From Octopus sinensis (lineage: Eukaryota), in the NCBI RefSeq assembly GCF_006345805.1, contig NC_042998.1, positions 188,728,001 through 188,792,000 of the forward strand: DNA of 64,000 nucleotides, given 5' to 3'. The stretch's first letter is position 1; each line of letters starts with the position of its first letter. This document shows positions 38,523 through 50,939 of this stretch, one piece after another. The notes beneath the pieces were generated by a model that saw nothing but the letters and a program-made list of their open reading frames with translations, had not been told where the DNA came from and did not search any database. The translations under genes and the position numbers were made by a program.

Positions 38523-38989
38523 ACTAAATGTGAGTGGGCAGTCTCCCAAAGATCTAAGAGAGAAATATGATATAAATATATGACTTCAGTTTCGTCTGGA
38601 TGAGGAAACTTACAGCGGCGCCATCCTTAGCTACCATGAGACCTTCAAGTTTTCTAGATTACTGGTAGAAAGACATATATAATTCTAATAACATACACAT
38701 AATTCGCCAAGTGTTATATTAATAATCATGAAAACACAATAAATTTTTACTTCACGAAATATACTCATCCATTATGTGTATATGTTCGAACGATACTGTT
38801 TGTGTACACAATACAAATATACATATATACATAAAATAAATATCATATAATTTATACAATATATATGTGTGTGTGTATATATATGAATATACATATATAT
38901 ATGTAGGTCCCGGGTTGAGTCGGGGTTAACCACAGTAAATAAGGTACTCAATACATAGCAGAGTAAATTAATTTATTTTATAGAAGGAG

Positions 38990-39036
38990 CTTCTACAGGA
39001 CTAGAACTATTTCATTCAAATGAAATTATCAGGAAG
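38990..39036 (-). ncRNA. Degenerate type-I hammerhead motif
   Basis: Minus strand CTTC-CTGATAA-TTTC(ATTT)GAAT-GAA-ATAG(TTCTAGTC)CTGT-A-GAAG; the C3/A8 mismatch suggests decay. Confidence 0.45.
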
Positions 39037-39388
39037 TTAATTCGACCTCTTTAAAAGTCCAATAGATCTGTCATTTTAATGAATTTGAATTACCGTTTTC
39101 TGATGATATCTGCTAAGAAACAGCAATTTTAGCAAAACATACTAAGTAACAGTAATAATATATAAAAAAAAAACAAAACAAAAGCCGTCAGTATGACCCA
39201 AAGCTGTCAAGTAATGCTGAGTAAGTGCTATGGATATACTATAGTTAAGCTCCAGTTTCGGTGATTATGCGAATAAGGAGTCCAACGCAGGTCATATATC
39301 AGCATGTGCATATATCAAAAAGAAAATTTTCAGAATGAGATAAAAATAACCAAGGCTGTGAAGATTTTAGAACATTTATAAATAGAAG

Positions 39389-39436
39389 GTCTTACAGCTG
39401 TTTCCAGGATATTTATTATATCCATCCATCGGAGAC
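39389..39436 (-). ncRNA. Degenerate type-I hammerhead motif
   Basis: Minus strand GTCT-CCGATGG-AT-GGATAT(AATAA)ATATCC-TG-GAA-ACAGCTGT-A-AGAC; perfect 8-nt palindromic stem III, altered core. Confidence 0.48.
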
Positions 39437-40319
39437 GGTGCGAGAAAATTGTTAAGCAATAGTTAATTTAGATAAGATACGAAATAGAGAGTGAAGTGGA
39501 GGAATGAAAATAGATGTGAAATATGCTGGGATATTACATTTGTAGATCCATACTGGCTCTACAAATGCAATATTATGAGACCATTGAAATGATCGTAGTG
39601 AAGAACATGAAATATTAATTTGTTTCCTGTGATTACTTCAACTACACACTCACACAGACACACACAAACAAACAAACAAACAGATATACAAACACACGCA
39701 CACATACGCATAAATATAATAACGCACACATGTGCACTTATGAATGGCTAATATTAACAGAAAACGTTATGGAACTTGGCACTTTGCCACACATAATTGT
39801 TTTGATTCTCTTGGAATACAAACTCAAAAATTTTTCCATTGTATATTATGCTGTGTTTACAGTACGTAGCAAAGTCAGAAATACAAATTTACATATTTTG
39901 CAAAAGTAAGCCTGGCTTTATGCGTATTTTCTCATCCAGTTATTTTTGCTATGTCAAATATTATTTGCTGCTCTTTATTTATTTGCACATGAATGGCAAA
40001 TAACAAACAGGCATTTAAATATTTACTATGTGAAGTAGGGTTTAGCCTATAACAATATTTCAGGCGTGTTATAGTGTATCTACATTAGGTCAACATGATC
40101 CATATGACTGTTGCTATACCGTCTTGTAAACATTTTAACAGAATTTAGATAATCGACATGTTTTAGCATTTTAGCCTTCATATATAAAACTAGGCGTGGT
40201 AAACGCAAGATTTCAGTCGTGAAAATTACTGTTATAATGTCAAGCATAGAGGTGTTGAAGAACAAAACAGTGTAATACTTGGAGTGGTTCCAATATTTTC
40301 ATATTTCTAATGGATATTA

Positions 40320-41577
40320 TTGGGTTGTCCGGAAACTTCGTGCCGATTTTTAAAGGAAATAAAAAGGTCAATAAATACTTGCCATTACATTTTTAATCAA
40401 CCAAATATGAACCATCTTGTTGCACAATGCGTCTCCACCTTTCCTTTAACTTGAAAATACCCTCTTCCCAGAATTGAGGTGGCTTCATGGCAAAGAATTC
40501 ATCAAGGTATCTTTTTACATCATCTAAGGAATTGAAATTTTTACCATTAAGACTATTCTGTAGAGACCCGAATAAGTGGAAATCCGAAGGAGCAATATCT
40601 GGTGAATATGGAGGGCGGGGTAACACATCCCAGCCGGGCTACAGCAATTTTTGTCTGGTTCCCAAAGAAACATGCGATCTTGCATTATCATGTGGGAAAA
40701 CAACACCCTTCCTGTTGGCCAATTCTGGACGTTTCTCATGAATTGCTGCTTTTAACTCGTCCAGTTGTGTGCAGTATTTCTCAGAATTAATTGTCTGGTT
40801 ACTTGGGAGTTGCTCATAGTACAGAACTCCTTTCCAATCCCACCAGACAGAAAGCAAGATTTTTTTAGGGTAAAGAGGCTCATGTCACTTATTCCAGGAT
40901 CGCTTTCTCTGAACATTTCAGTAGATAATCTATTTCTCATCACCTGTCACAATTTGCTTTAAAAAAGGCGCATTTTCATTTCGTTTATAAAGCGAATCAC
41001 AGATGGAAATGCGATCCAAAAATTCTTCTCACTCAACTCATGTGGTACCCAAACATCGTAGCGGTTTGTGTACCCAAGCTTTACCAGGTGCTCATGAACG
41101 ACGAATTTTGATAGGTTGAGGCTTTCTGCCAATTCCCGGGTTGTGCAATGTGGGTTATTCTCAATTAATGACTTGATTTGGTCATCATCTGTAGTGGATG
41201 ATCTGCCTGATCACTCTTTATCAATAAGGCTACAATCTCCAGCTCGGAAACTTGCGAAACACTTCCGTACAGTTCTTTCGGATAAAGAAACATCACCGTA
41301 AACTGCGCATATTTCTTTGGTTGCTTGTGAGGCATGTTTCCCTTTACGGAAAAAGAAAAGCATCAAGTGTCAAAAATGAACTTTCTTATCTTCCATTTTA
41401 AAGGGTTACAGAATAACACAGGTTACAGGAACATAAACCTTCTTCCACGAATAGATAGCTTAAACTGTGCTCTAAATGGAGGTGTTGTCAAATCCTATTT
41501 TATGGACTCAACCATGTTCTAAAATAATTCGAAAGGTAAGCTACAATAAATCGGCACGAACTTTCCGGACAACCCAA
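40320..41577 (-). mobile_element. Full-length decayed mariner (DD34D-type) transposon
   Basis: ~30-bp TIRs ttgggttgtccggaaa(c/g)ttcgtgccgattt, TA target duplication, 1258 bp; frameshifted transposase with LSVWWDWKGVLYYE, HDNARSH and PYSPDIAPSDFHLF motifs. Confidence 0.95.
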
Positions 41578-41814
41578 TACTTTGAGCCTCAAGACGGAAA
41601 TTTATATAAAAAGTGCATCTATATTCTGACCTGCAAAAGCGGAGCATTATAATAACACAATGAACAGAGTGTTGTGTAAACCTAATACATTTGTCGTTTT
41701 ACTTGCCTGTTTAACTCCTCGCCAGGCCTGATGGGGCAGACCTTTGATCAAATCTAGAGTTGACAACCATGCATTTTTCTTTAGACATCGTACGTCTAGA
41801 ACTATATTATCTAA

Positions 41815-42209
41815 CTAGCAGTATCGCCCCGCGTATCTCGGGTTTGTTTCGACCCTTTAGAATTGAAATTTTTTAAAAGTAAAAAAATTGCATTATGTAG
41901 CTTGTTATTCTCTTTAAGTTAACATTTTTCTTGTTGAAATACACCGAAAAATGGCGACATAGCAGTAAAAAAACCGTAAAAAATAGGGATTTTCATAGAA
42001 AAAAAAGCACCTTTTTGATGTAAATAATTTTTGGTGTTAAGATGGTCCAATTTGGATTTTTTTCTTCTATGAAAGAAAGAGCAAGCCTTCTTCTATCATA
42101 CTTTCAATTTTGGTCAACTTGCGCCGCAGGGTCTCGGAGGAGATAGTGTTAGTTGAAGGCTATCAAACCTGCCAATACACAGACAACTTCAGCTTTATAT
42201 ATAGAGAGA
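41815..42209 (-). mobile_element. Non-autonomous Helitron, subfamily C
   Basis: 5' TCTCTCTATATATAAAGC, 3' degenerate hairpin plus GCGATACTGCTAG, A|T insertion; interior differs from A and B. Confidence 0.8.
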
Positions 42210-42730
42210 TTAAGCGATAATATAGATGCTCGATGATCTTGCTGAATATTTAGGATTTTTGACGTGCTGTTGCTGTACTGCTGCTGCTACTACTACTACT
42301 ACTACTACTACCACCAGTATTGCTGCTGCTGTTGCTGCTGCTGTTGCTGCTTTTAGCCCAGACCTTTGGTATTTCGTTACATATCCATATCGTTCCGACC
42401 TGTGTAGGATATTCTCATGAGAGCGAGACCTGGCGTGGCAAATGAATGTCCTACTAATGAGTGTTTAAGTCAATGTCTTTCTTTTGACATTTTCAGTAAT
42501 TATAACTAAATAATAGCTTTATAAACACGTTGCTTCACTTATTCTTATCATTTCGTATACATGATACATGAGTTATTTTAAATTTTATTCTATATATTTA
42601 TGTTTTAACGATATATCCAAATATTTTATACTAAGGGCCATGCTTGTATATCTTTTTATCGATCGATCGATCTAGCTATCTGCCTGTCTATCTGTCAATC
42701 AATCTACCTATTTGTACATATTTTTTTATT

Positions 42731-42972
42731 CTTTATTCTTTTACTTGTTTCAGTCATTCGACAGCTGTCATGCTAGAACTCCGCCTTTAGTCGAAGAAAT
42801 CGACCCCAGCACTTATTCATTGTAAGCTTAGTACTTACTCTTTCGATCTATTTTGCCAAACCGATAAGTTACGAGGGCGTAAACACACCAAGGTCGGTTG
42901 CAAAGCAATGCTGGGGGACAAACACAGACATACACACACACAAATGTACACACACAAATACACACACACACA

Positions 42973-43024
<52 letters not shown>

Positions 43025-43206
43025 ATATAAATTAGAGATAAATATAAATAACAATAGAGATAAACATAAATAACAAATAATATATATTTTTATAAAACAT
43101 ATAACTGTGTCTTGGTTTATGTCTATCACTGTTTGAGTTGCATATATTGTGAAATTTGATTTAATACTAAATTGAATTTTCCCAGTAAGTTTGGAGTTAT
43201 ACTCCC

Positions 43207-43283
<77 letters not shown>

Positions 43284-43441
43284 CACGACGGGCTTCTTTT
43301 AGTTTCCGTCTACCAAATCCATTCACAAGGCTTTGGTTAGCCCGAGGCAATAGTAAAAGAAACTTACCCAAGGTGTCACGCAGAAGGACTGAACCCGGAA
43401 GCATGTGGTTGGGGAGCAAGCTTCTTGCCACACAGCCACGC
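42731..43441 (-). mobile_element. SINE family B with expanded internal microsatellite/AT-rich insert
   Basis: Tail ~42731-42930 and head ~43283-43441 are separated by (CA)n, AT-rich and (ATT)n sequence. Confidence 0.75.
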
Positions 43442-44059
43442 GTGTATATGTGTGTATGCGTGTATGTGAGAGTAGTTTAGTTTGGGGCTTTGTGTGTCTT
43501 ATATACACACACACGCACACACACATGTATATATGTGTGTGTATGTATATATGTTGTGTACGTGTGTATGTGTGTAACGATAAGTATAATATTTTTGCAT
43601 ACACAAGCGTAAAACGAGGCTAACTGTAATATTCTCAGAGAAACTTCTCTCAAGAGACTTCCTTTTTAAAAGCACAGGATAAGCTCAGAATGTTACACAC
43701 ATCGTTGTTTTAATCCAACTCCATTGCAAGTGTGTAAATTGGTTTAATTTTAAGCGTGACCGACATTTGCACAAATCAGTTTGAATATCTGAGTGCTGAC
43801 TTCTATAGCGAGCGAATATGCAACTGGAGACGAAATGAATTTGAAACACCAGTGTCTGACGATCTTCTGATGTCATTTTGAACTTATTCTCTGTTTTCAA
43901 CATAATCTCTTAAGACAAGTTTTACTGAAACAGACATATTACTGTTAGAGCAGTTTGACATTTGCACATACCTTATAAATTTTATACACACCGCGGCGGT
44001 CTTGATCTAATGCTCCTTCAAGTGCATTGTGTATATATATATATATATGTATATGTATA

Positions 44060-44128
<69 letters not shown>

Positions 44129-44181
44129 ATATAAAATCTATACAGCCTTGGTTTTTTTATCTTATTACGCAAAAAAATTCT

Positions 44182-44212
<31 letters not shown>

Positions 44213-44908
44213 GATATCAATTTATGCACAACACGCCATTAATCAGAATTAAGGTAAATTTAGACAAAAGCCTCATTAATTAAACAATATCGGTTGATGG
44301 AAAATACAGCGTAATGCATAAAAACTGGTGTAAAATCAAACATTATAATGCCTGACAACCTGAGGGTAGGGTTTCGAGAAAGGCAACCATACATTTGCAA
44401 TAATTTATGCATGTGAACAGCAACACTGGCCTATTCCAATAGGATACAAGGAACTGCGAGTTTTCTTTATAAAAATATAAATCAGCGTATTAGGTTCATA
44501 TCATTGTAAACTTAATACGATCGCTTCGACGTAAAGATTCGGATGATTTAGGTAGTGGCTAGAAAAAAAAAACTAAAGATCTGAGTTTATTTCTATATTT
44601 AATTTCGACCTTCTGCTTTCTGAATATATACGTCGAAGTAGTTAATACTCGAGAATCTGAAAGAATAACCATGCTTTCTGTACAGTGAATAAATATGTTT
44701 AAACGAATCCAATCCTCTTCTATAAATACGCGGCCTTGTGTCAATGTACGGAATTAATACAGGCGTTATGTTACCAATATCGGGGTTTCTTGAGGAACTG
44801 GTTTTTCTCATTTCAATAGCAGTTAAATTTCAATGATTAAAACAAACACATTCACACGCACGTCCATACGCACTCATCTATACATGCATATATATATATA
44901 TATATAAA

Positions 44909-44939
<31 letters not shown>

Positions 44940-44989
44940 TGTGTGTTTGTGTGTGTTTGTGTGTGTGTGTGTGTGTGTTGTGTGTGTGT

Positions 44990-45038
<49 letters not shown>

Positions 45039-46212
45039 AGAGAAAATAAGTGTAGTATTGATGTACTCGGAAAATAAGTTTAAATTATCAATATTCCAGG
45101 CTTGAATAAAAATTAGAAAAAGGCATGATAGAAATTTAAACAAATAGGAAATGAAACATGTTAGAAATGAAAGTGTAAAAATATGAAAAGAACTATTGAT
45201 AATATATTATGTATAATAAAAAGTATTATATAAAGGAAAATAATATCAAGATAATGGCGCAGTCATTTATTAAGTACAAGTCTCAAAAACTGTTCATAAA
45301 TTTAAATAGAGCTCGTCCCCCACTACGGCTACAACTGGACTGTTGAATCAATAAAAACTCCGTGTGTGTGTGTGTGCATTACAAATACATATATTACAAA
45401 TATAAGAAACTGGGATTTCATTATTTGAAGTTTAATTTTAATGTATAGGTTCAATCTAAAAGTACGTTAAAGCATAAAAATAAAGTTTGTCTAGTTTGTA
45501 AATAAATACCAGATACATCATATGTCGTCTTGTTTGGGCCATTAGTTTTGGTACAACAGATAATTCATTGTTCAGTATGTATGTGAGTTTAATGGCTGCA
45601 CACATAACTTTTCAACAAAAGACCAATTCTTCGATTTCCACCAATAAGTTATGTACAAAATATATTTCAAGTTATGCGTACAAAATATATTTTATATTTC
45701 TGTGTGTTTTTACTTGTGTTCTTTCATGAAAAAAAGAACGTATGTAACAGTGATTTTTAGAGATGAAATTAATGCGGATGGTTCACTCTCAATCACATGA
45801 AGGGGATTGAGAGACAAGGGAAAGAGACAGAAAGAGGGAAATGGACGGGAGAGAGAGAGAGAGTAAACTCCGAAACACAATGACTAGTGAGGAAGAATTA
45901 TGATTAAGCACCTCCCCAGTCGAAAATAAATAAAACTAAAATTATAATGAAAGACGGCATTGAGACAAAAGGGGCTAGAGGTCAAAAGGGATACAGTGGG
46001 TGCAAAACAAAACCAACAAAGGGAAGGGAGAAAAGTGACGCACAAGAGGGGACCGCTGAGAGTATTTCACGAGTGGTGTGGGGCGGATTAATGATTCAAA
46101 ATAGATTGACAGGGTCATTAAGTTTATAGTTATTGGGCTAAAAACAGATCGATCCTAACTCGATAAGAGTTGACTTGGGATAAACAACATTAGCGGCAAC
46201 AACTGCAGCAGT

Positions 46213-46244
<32 letters not shown>

Positions 46245-46275
46245 TGTATGTATGTATGTATGTATGTATTTATGC

Positions 46276-46308
<33 letters not shown>

Positions 46309-46499
46309 TAAAATCACACGGTATAATGCACCATCCATATCAACGCGGATTTATCAATCCATAAGTGAAGAAGCATTCACTGCACCCATTTGTACCACTG
46401 ACAATAATGAAATGTGTGCGCGCGTTCGCGCACATGTCTATATATGTGCATGTGTGAGTGACTATGTGCGCAGTTGTACATGCATATATATATATATAT

Positions 46500-46543
<44 letters not shown>

Positions 46544-46550
46544 ATATATG

Positions 46551-46581
<31 letters not shown>

Positions 46582-46610
46582 TATATATACACACACATAT
46601 ATATATATAT

Positions 46611-46829
46611 ACTCTTTTACTCTTTTACTTGTTTCAGTCATTTGACTGCGGCCATGCTGGAGCACCGCCTTTAGTCGAGCAAATCGACCCCGAGACTTAT
46701 TCTTTGTAAGCCCAGTACTTATTCTATCGGCCTCTTTTGCCGAACTGCTAAGTGACGGGGGTGTAAACACACCAGCATCGGTTGTCAAGCAATGCTAGAG
46801 GGACAAACACAGACACACAAACGAACACG

Positions 46830-46865
<36 letters not shown>

Positions 46866-47024
46866 CGACAGGCTTCTTTCAGTTTCCGTCTCCCAAATCC
46901 ACTCACAAGGCATTGGTCGGCCGGGGCTATAGCAGAAGACACTTGCCCAAGATGCCACGCAGTGGGACTGAACCCGGAACCATGTGGTTGGTTAGCAAGC
47001 TACTTACCACACAGCCACTCCTGC
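46611..47024 (-). mobile_element. SINE family B
   Basis: Near full-length copy. Confidence 0.9.
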
Positions 47025-47103
<79 letters not shown>

Positions 47104-47769
47104 TATATACATACAAACGCACACACATATATATATATGTGCATATATATTGTGTGTGTGTGTTTGTGTGTGCATATGTACATAAAATCAATGTATACAG
47201 ATACGAATAACCACACACACACGCACACGTATACATATAGATATTACATATGAATACGTGTGTATTGGCAATAATACAAACACATGCACTCACACACACA
47301 CGCGCACACATAATACGTATAATTAAATGATTTTATATCAGAATGAGATATGAAATACACATACACGTATGTCGGAGCTATAAATGAATAATTGGTGGAA
47401 AAAAAAATCTGAAACCTTATATTATCCTCCGACTATATCACCTGATTGTGCTTTTATGTTTAGCGTTTCTATCTAATGTTGAAATCTTCCTAAACTGACG
47501 TAAATAGAATTGATAGAGCTAATGACAAGTATCGCATGTACCAGGATCTGGAATTGAAGATAAATTTGATACAGCTAAAAGCCACAAACTACACCTGATC
47601 ACGAAACGTTTTTACTAGATTCTGTTTCATCAAAACCTTTCAGTTTGTGAAGAATGTCCTCCAACATGTACCTGATCACCAGTTCAGTATAATTTTAGTT
47701 GTTATTTTGTACTGAAATTAATACGAACTCTGGTGTACTTCACCATCAGTTGTTGAGTTTAATTGCCTA

Positions 47770-47960
47770 CTTTTAGTATAATTATTATTATTATCATTAT
47801 TATTATTATTATTATTATGATTATTATTATATTATTATTATTATTATTATTATATTATTATTATTATCATCATCATCATCATCATCATATCATCATCATC
47901 ATCATATCATCATCATCATATCATCATCATCATCAATATTATATTATTATTATTATTATA

Positions 47961-47996
<36 letters not shown>

Positions 47997-49330
47997 TATA
48001 CACTCTTCAGACTAGACTGTTGGAAAAGAAAAGAATCCTAACATTGGGCCACAACAAGTAGTCTTATATGCTAAGAACCACCCTATTGGGTTACAGCAAG
48101 TAACCTTAGAGGCCAAGAACCCTCCTGAGTATTCTAGCTGGTCATAATAACACTCTTTTATGCAGCGCTACTAAACTGGGTTTTGTACCTATTTCCTGTA
48201 TCCATTTGTTCAGATCTTTAAGGATAGTTCCCAGTGTAGCAACACTGCGTCCGACATTGTTCGGCAAATCAACCTTCTCTCAATAAATAAATGTATATTC
48301 GTTCAAAACCAGTTGTTTTCCCACTGACTGTTGACAACACCTATCTCCGCACATTCTGTTAAAGTAAATCGGATCTGCGCAAACGAAAACAAACGGCAGC
48401 CATTGTTGTGCAGAAGCAACATTTCTGCTATCCAAATTATTAGGCAGGTGCCTAATTTAGGTGTCATTGTAAGTCAGTAACCTGATAATACCTCGAATGA
48501 GAAGTCTACCAACGTGTCAGAGCTTGAAAAAGGAAAAAAAACAACCATAGAAATATCAAAAATACTGGGAAGAGATCACCAACAGTGAAAACATTTGTGC
48601 AGCGTCCTAATTCAGTCCGATTGAGGGCAGATAAGGATAAGTCGAGGGTTGCTTCAAATCATATTTTGTCACTTGTGAAAAATAAAGTTGTACAGAACCC
48701 ATGTCTGACAAGTAGAGAAGTATTCAAACGTTGTAGGAGGGAAGACGTATCGAAAACTACCAAGTGTCACCCCTTGAAGCAGGTAGACAGGTATGGTTCA
48801 GAGAGTATTTCACTTTGAATCATTATAGCATTTTCATTAGCCCTGGCCTGGTCTGTTATTATTTCCTCTGTATCTTCTTTAGCTGCAATTTCGTTCCTTT
48901 TATCCCTTGCTGATTGCTTGATTTGGTCGATCTCTAATTCAGTTAGTAATTTCTTTTTCATAATATTTCTTCTGGCTCTGGCAAGTTTGCTACTGTCTAT
49001 GTAGGGTCTTACTTCAAGGTGTTTCTGTCTCCAGTTTAAGTAAGTTTGTACAGTATTAGATTTATCTCTGAGGAAATATATGACATGGTAGAAGGCCGTA
49101 AGAAATTCTTTATCTCCCCTAGACCATTTTTCATTCTTTTTCCTTTGGTTATTTGATGACGAGCATGGATGGCCATCTGTTGGAATATTCCGGTTGTGGG
49201 TTACTTCCATCTCCTGCGTTTCGGGAAGATTTGATTCAGTAGCTGATTTTTCTTATCGAATCTGGTTCATCATTCGACTATGCGATCCTTGGTATTTCGG
49301 TTGACGATCGAACCGGTTTGTATTTTGCTT
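47770..49330 (-). mobile_element. R4/Dong-like element fragments (N-terminal ORF piece and 3' end) with (ATT)n tail
   Basis: KWSR...KLARARRNIMKKKLLTELEIDQIK N-terminal motif at 48790-49210; RLE-end motif near 48200-48260; (ATT)n at 47775-47995. Confidence 0.65.
48560..48790 (+). mobile_element. Tc1-like transposase HTH fragment
   Basis: ORF ...KNKVVQNPCLTSREVF...VSKTTKC resembles the Tc1 DNA-binding region; it lies between two R4/Dong-like segments. Confidence 0.5.
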
Positions 49331-50939
49331 TATCACTGAGGTATGATTATTATTATTATTATTATTGTTGTTGTTTTTGTTTTTGTTGTTGTTGTTGTTG
49401 ATGAGGAGGAGGAGGATATTGCTGTTGTTGAATTTTTAATCAAACTCTCATCATCTTAGAGCATTAAATTGCACTTCGGTGAGTTTCTAGAGAACTTGAG
49501 TGATATCAGAGAAAAAATAAGGTGAACAATTCCATCAAGTTCACCAAATGTAAAGACTATTACCGACAATAACAACATCATTTAAATATTTTCGAAGCTT
49601 TGTATAGCACAAGGAAAATATAACGACTGAACGAAAGAGAAGTGTGGATTGATGAGTTACTTCGCAAAAACACTACCATCTTGCTCGACGAAATTTTCCA
49701 AAAGCAAATGCATGTCACCTTTCTCGTTGCCAAAAGGTGAATAGGGAAATGGCATGACTCTGTTTTTGAGGCTTATGTCAAACCTCGAAAGAGAAGTTAG
49801 AAGAATCCCTGGCCAATTTATAGAAGAATGCGTGCTCTAATGACCGAAGTACGGCATACATAAACGTGTGCCTCATTTTTTAAACTGAGGACATGGAGAA
49901 AAGAGTAAATATAGTGCAACATTCGTCTTCTTACAGGCTGTAGTGTACTACATGTGGGGTGGGAAAAGATAGTAGGTCAAAAATTTTGGTACAAAAGTTG
50001 TACCTTGGCTTTTCACCTTTGCAGCACATTCCAGACAGTTGGTTCGGGCGGAAGAGATTCTCGTCATGATGTGGTTGACTGGATTCCGCATGAAGACGCA
50101 GGAGTTCTGGTGGTTCTAAAGAGCATAAAACCATTCCAGACCAGTCTTCCATTGAGTAAGCGGAGAGGCTGTTGATCGGACTGAAGAATGATAGTTATAT
50201 ATTATACTTTGGATGAAAACAAGTGTTATCTTAGTACTCTATATGATTTTTACAAAAGCCCGCATTATATTTAGTTTAGGTAAAACGTTACTTTCAAACA
50301 CACAGTGCTGTTCAAATATCATTAATATTTACGTAACAGCTGATTCCAGAAAATAATTGTAAATGCACGTGAGAACAGTACATTAATTCGAAAACTCATT
50401 TATAGGCTAAATTATGAATGTAATATGGATTATTTATACATAGAAAGTTTACTTACATATATAAATACATGCACACATGCAACCATATACTTTTTTATAA
50501 AATATTAATTAACGACATGCAGAAAGTCAACTTTGCACATATAAATATAAATGTATTTGTACACACCCATGTCTACATACATATAAACACGAGCATAGAC
50601 ACATGCACTCAACACAAACATTCACTGCACACGCACATACACACACGTATACATACACAAAGACACATATGCATGCGTGAGTGCTTCTGTGTTTGCATGC
50701 TTATGTGCATACAGACTTTACAAGGCATTGACAAATTCCGATGTAGACATTCCAACCGTACCCTCACTGTATTTCAAAGGTTATGTAGTAACATTAGCAA
50801 ACGAGTCTCAGATATATCATATCAAATAGAACATTCAACCACACCACAGAATATTATAATCATACATTGTGAAAAAGCTGGTTTAAAGAAATGGATGATT
50901 ATTTGGCTAATCCTAAAATTTATAGTTTTTTATGTAAGT

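Noticed and set aside
46310-46400. Plus-strand [19 protein letters not shown] resembling a cadherin NAPxF...Y...I.E motif
   Set aside because: Opposite strand to RET, flanked by microsatellites, no splice support.
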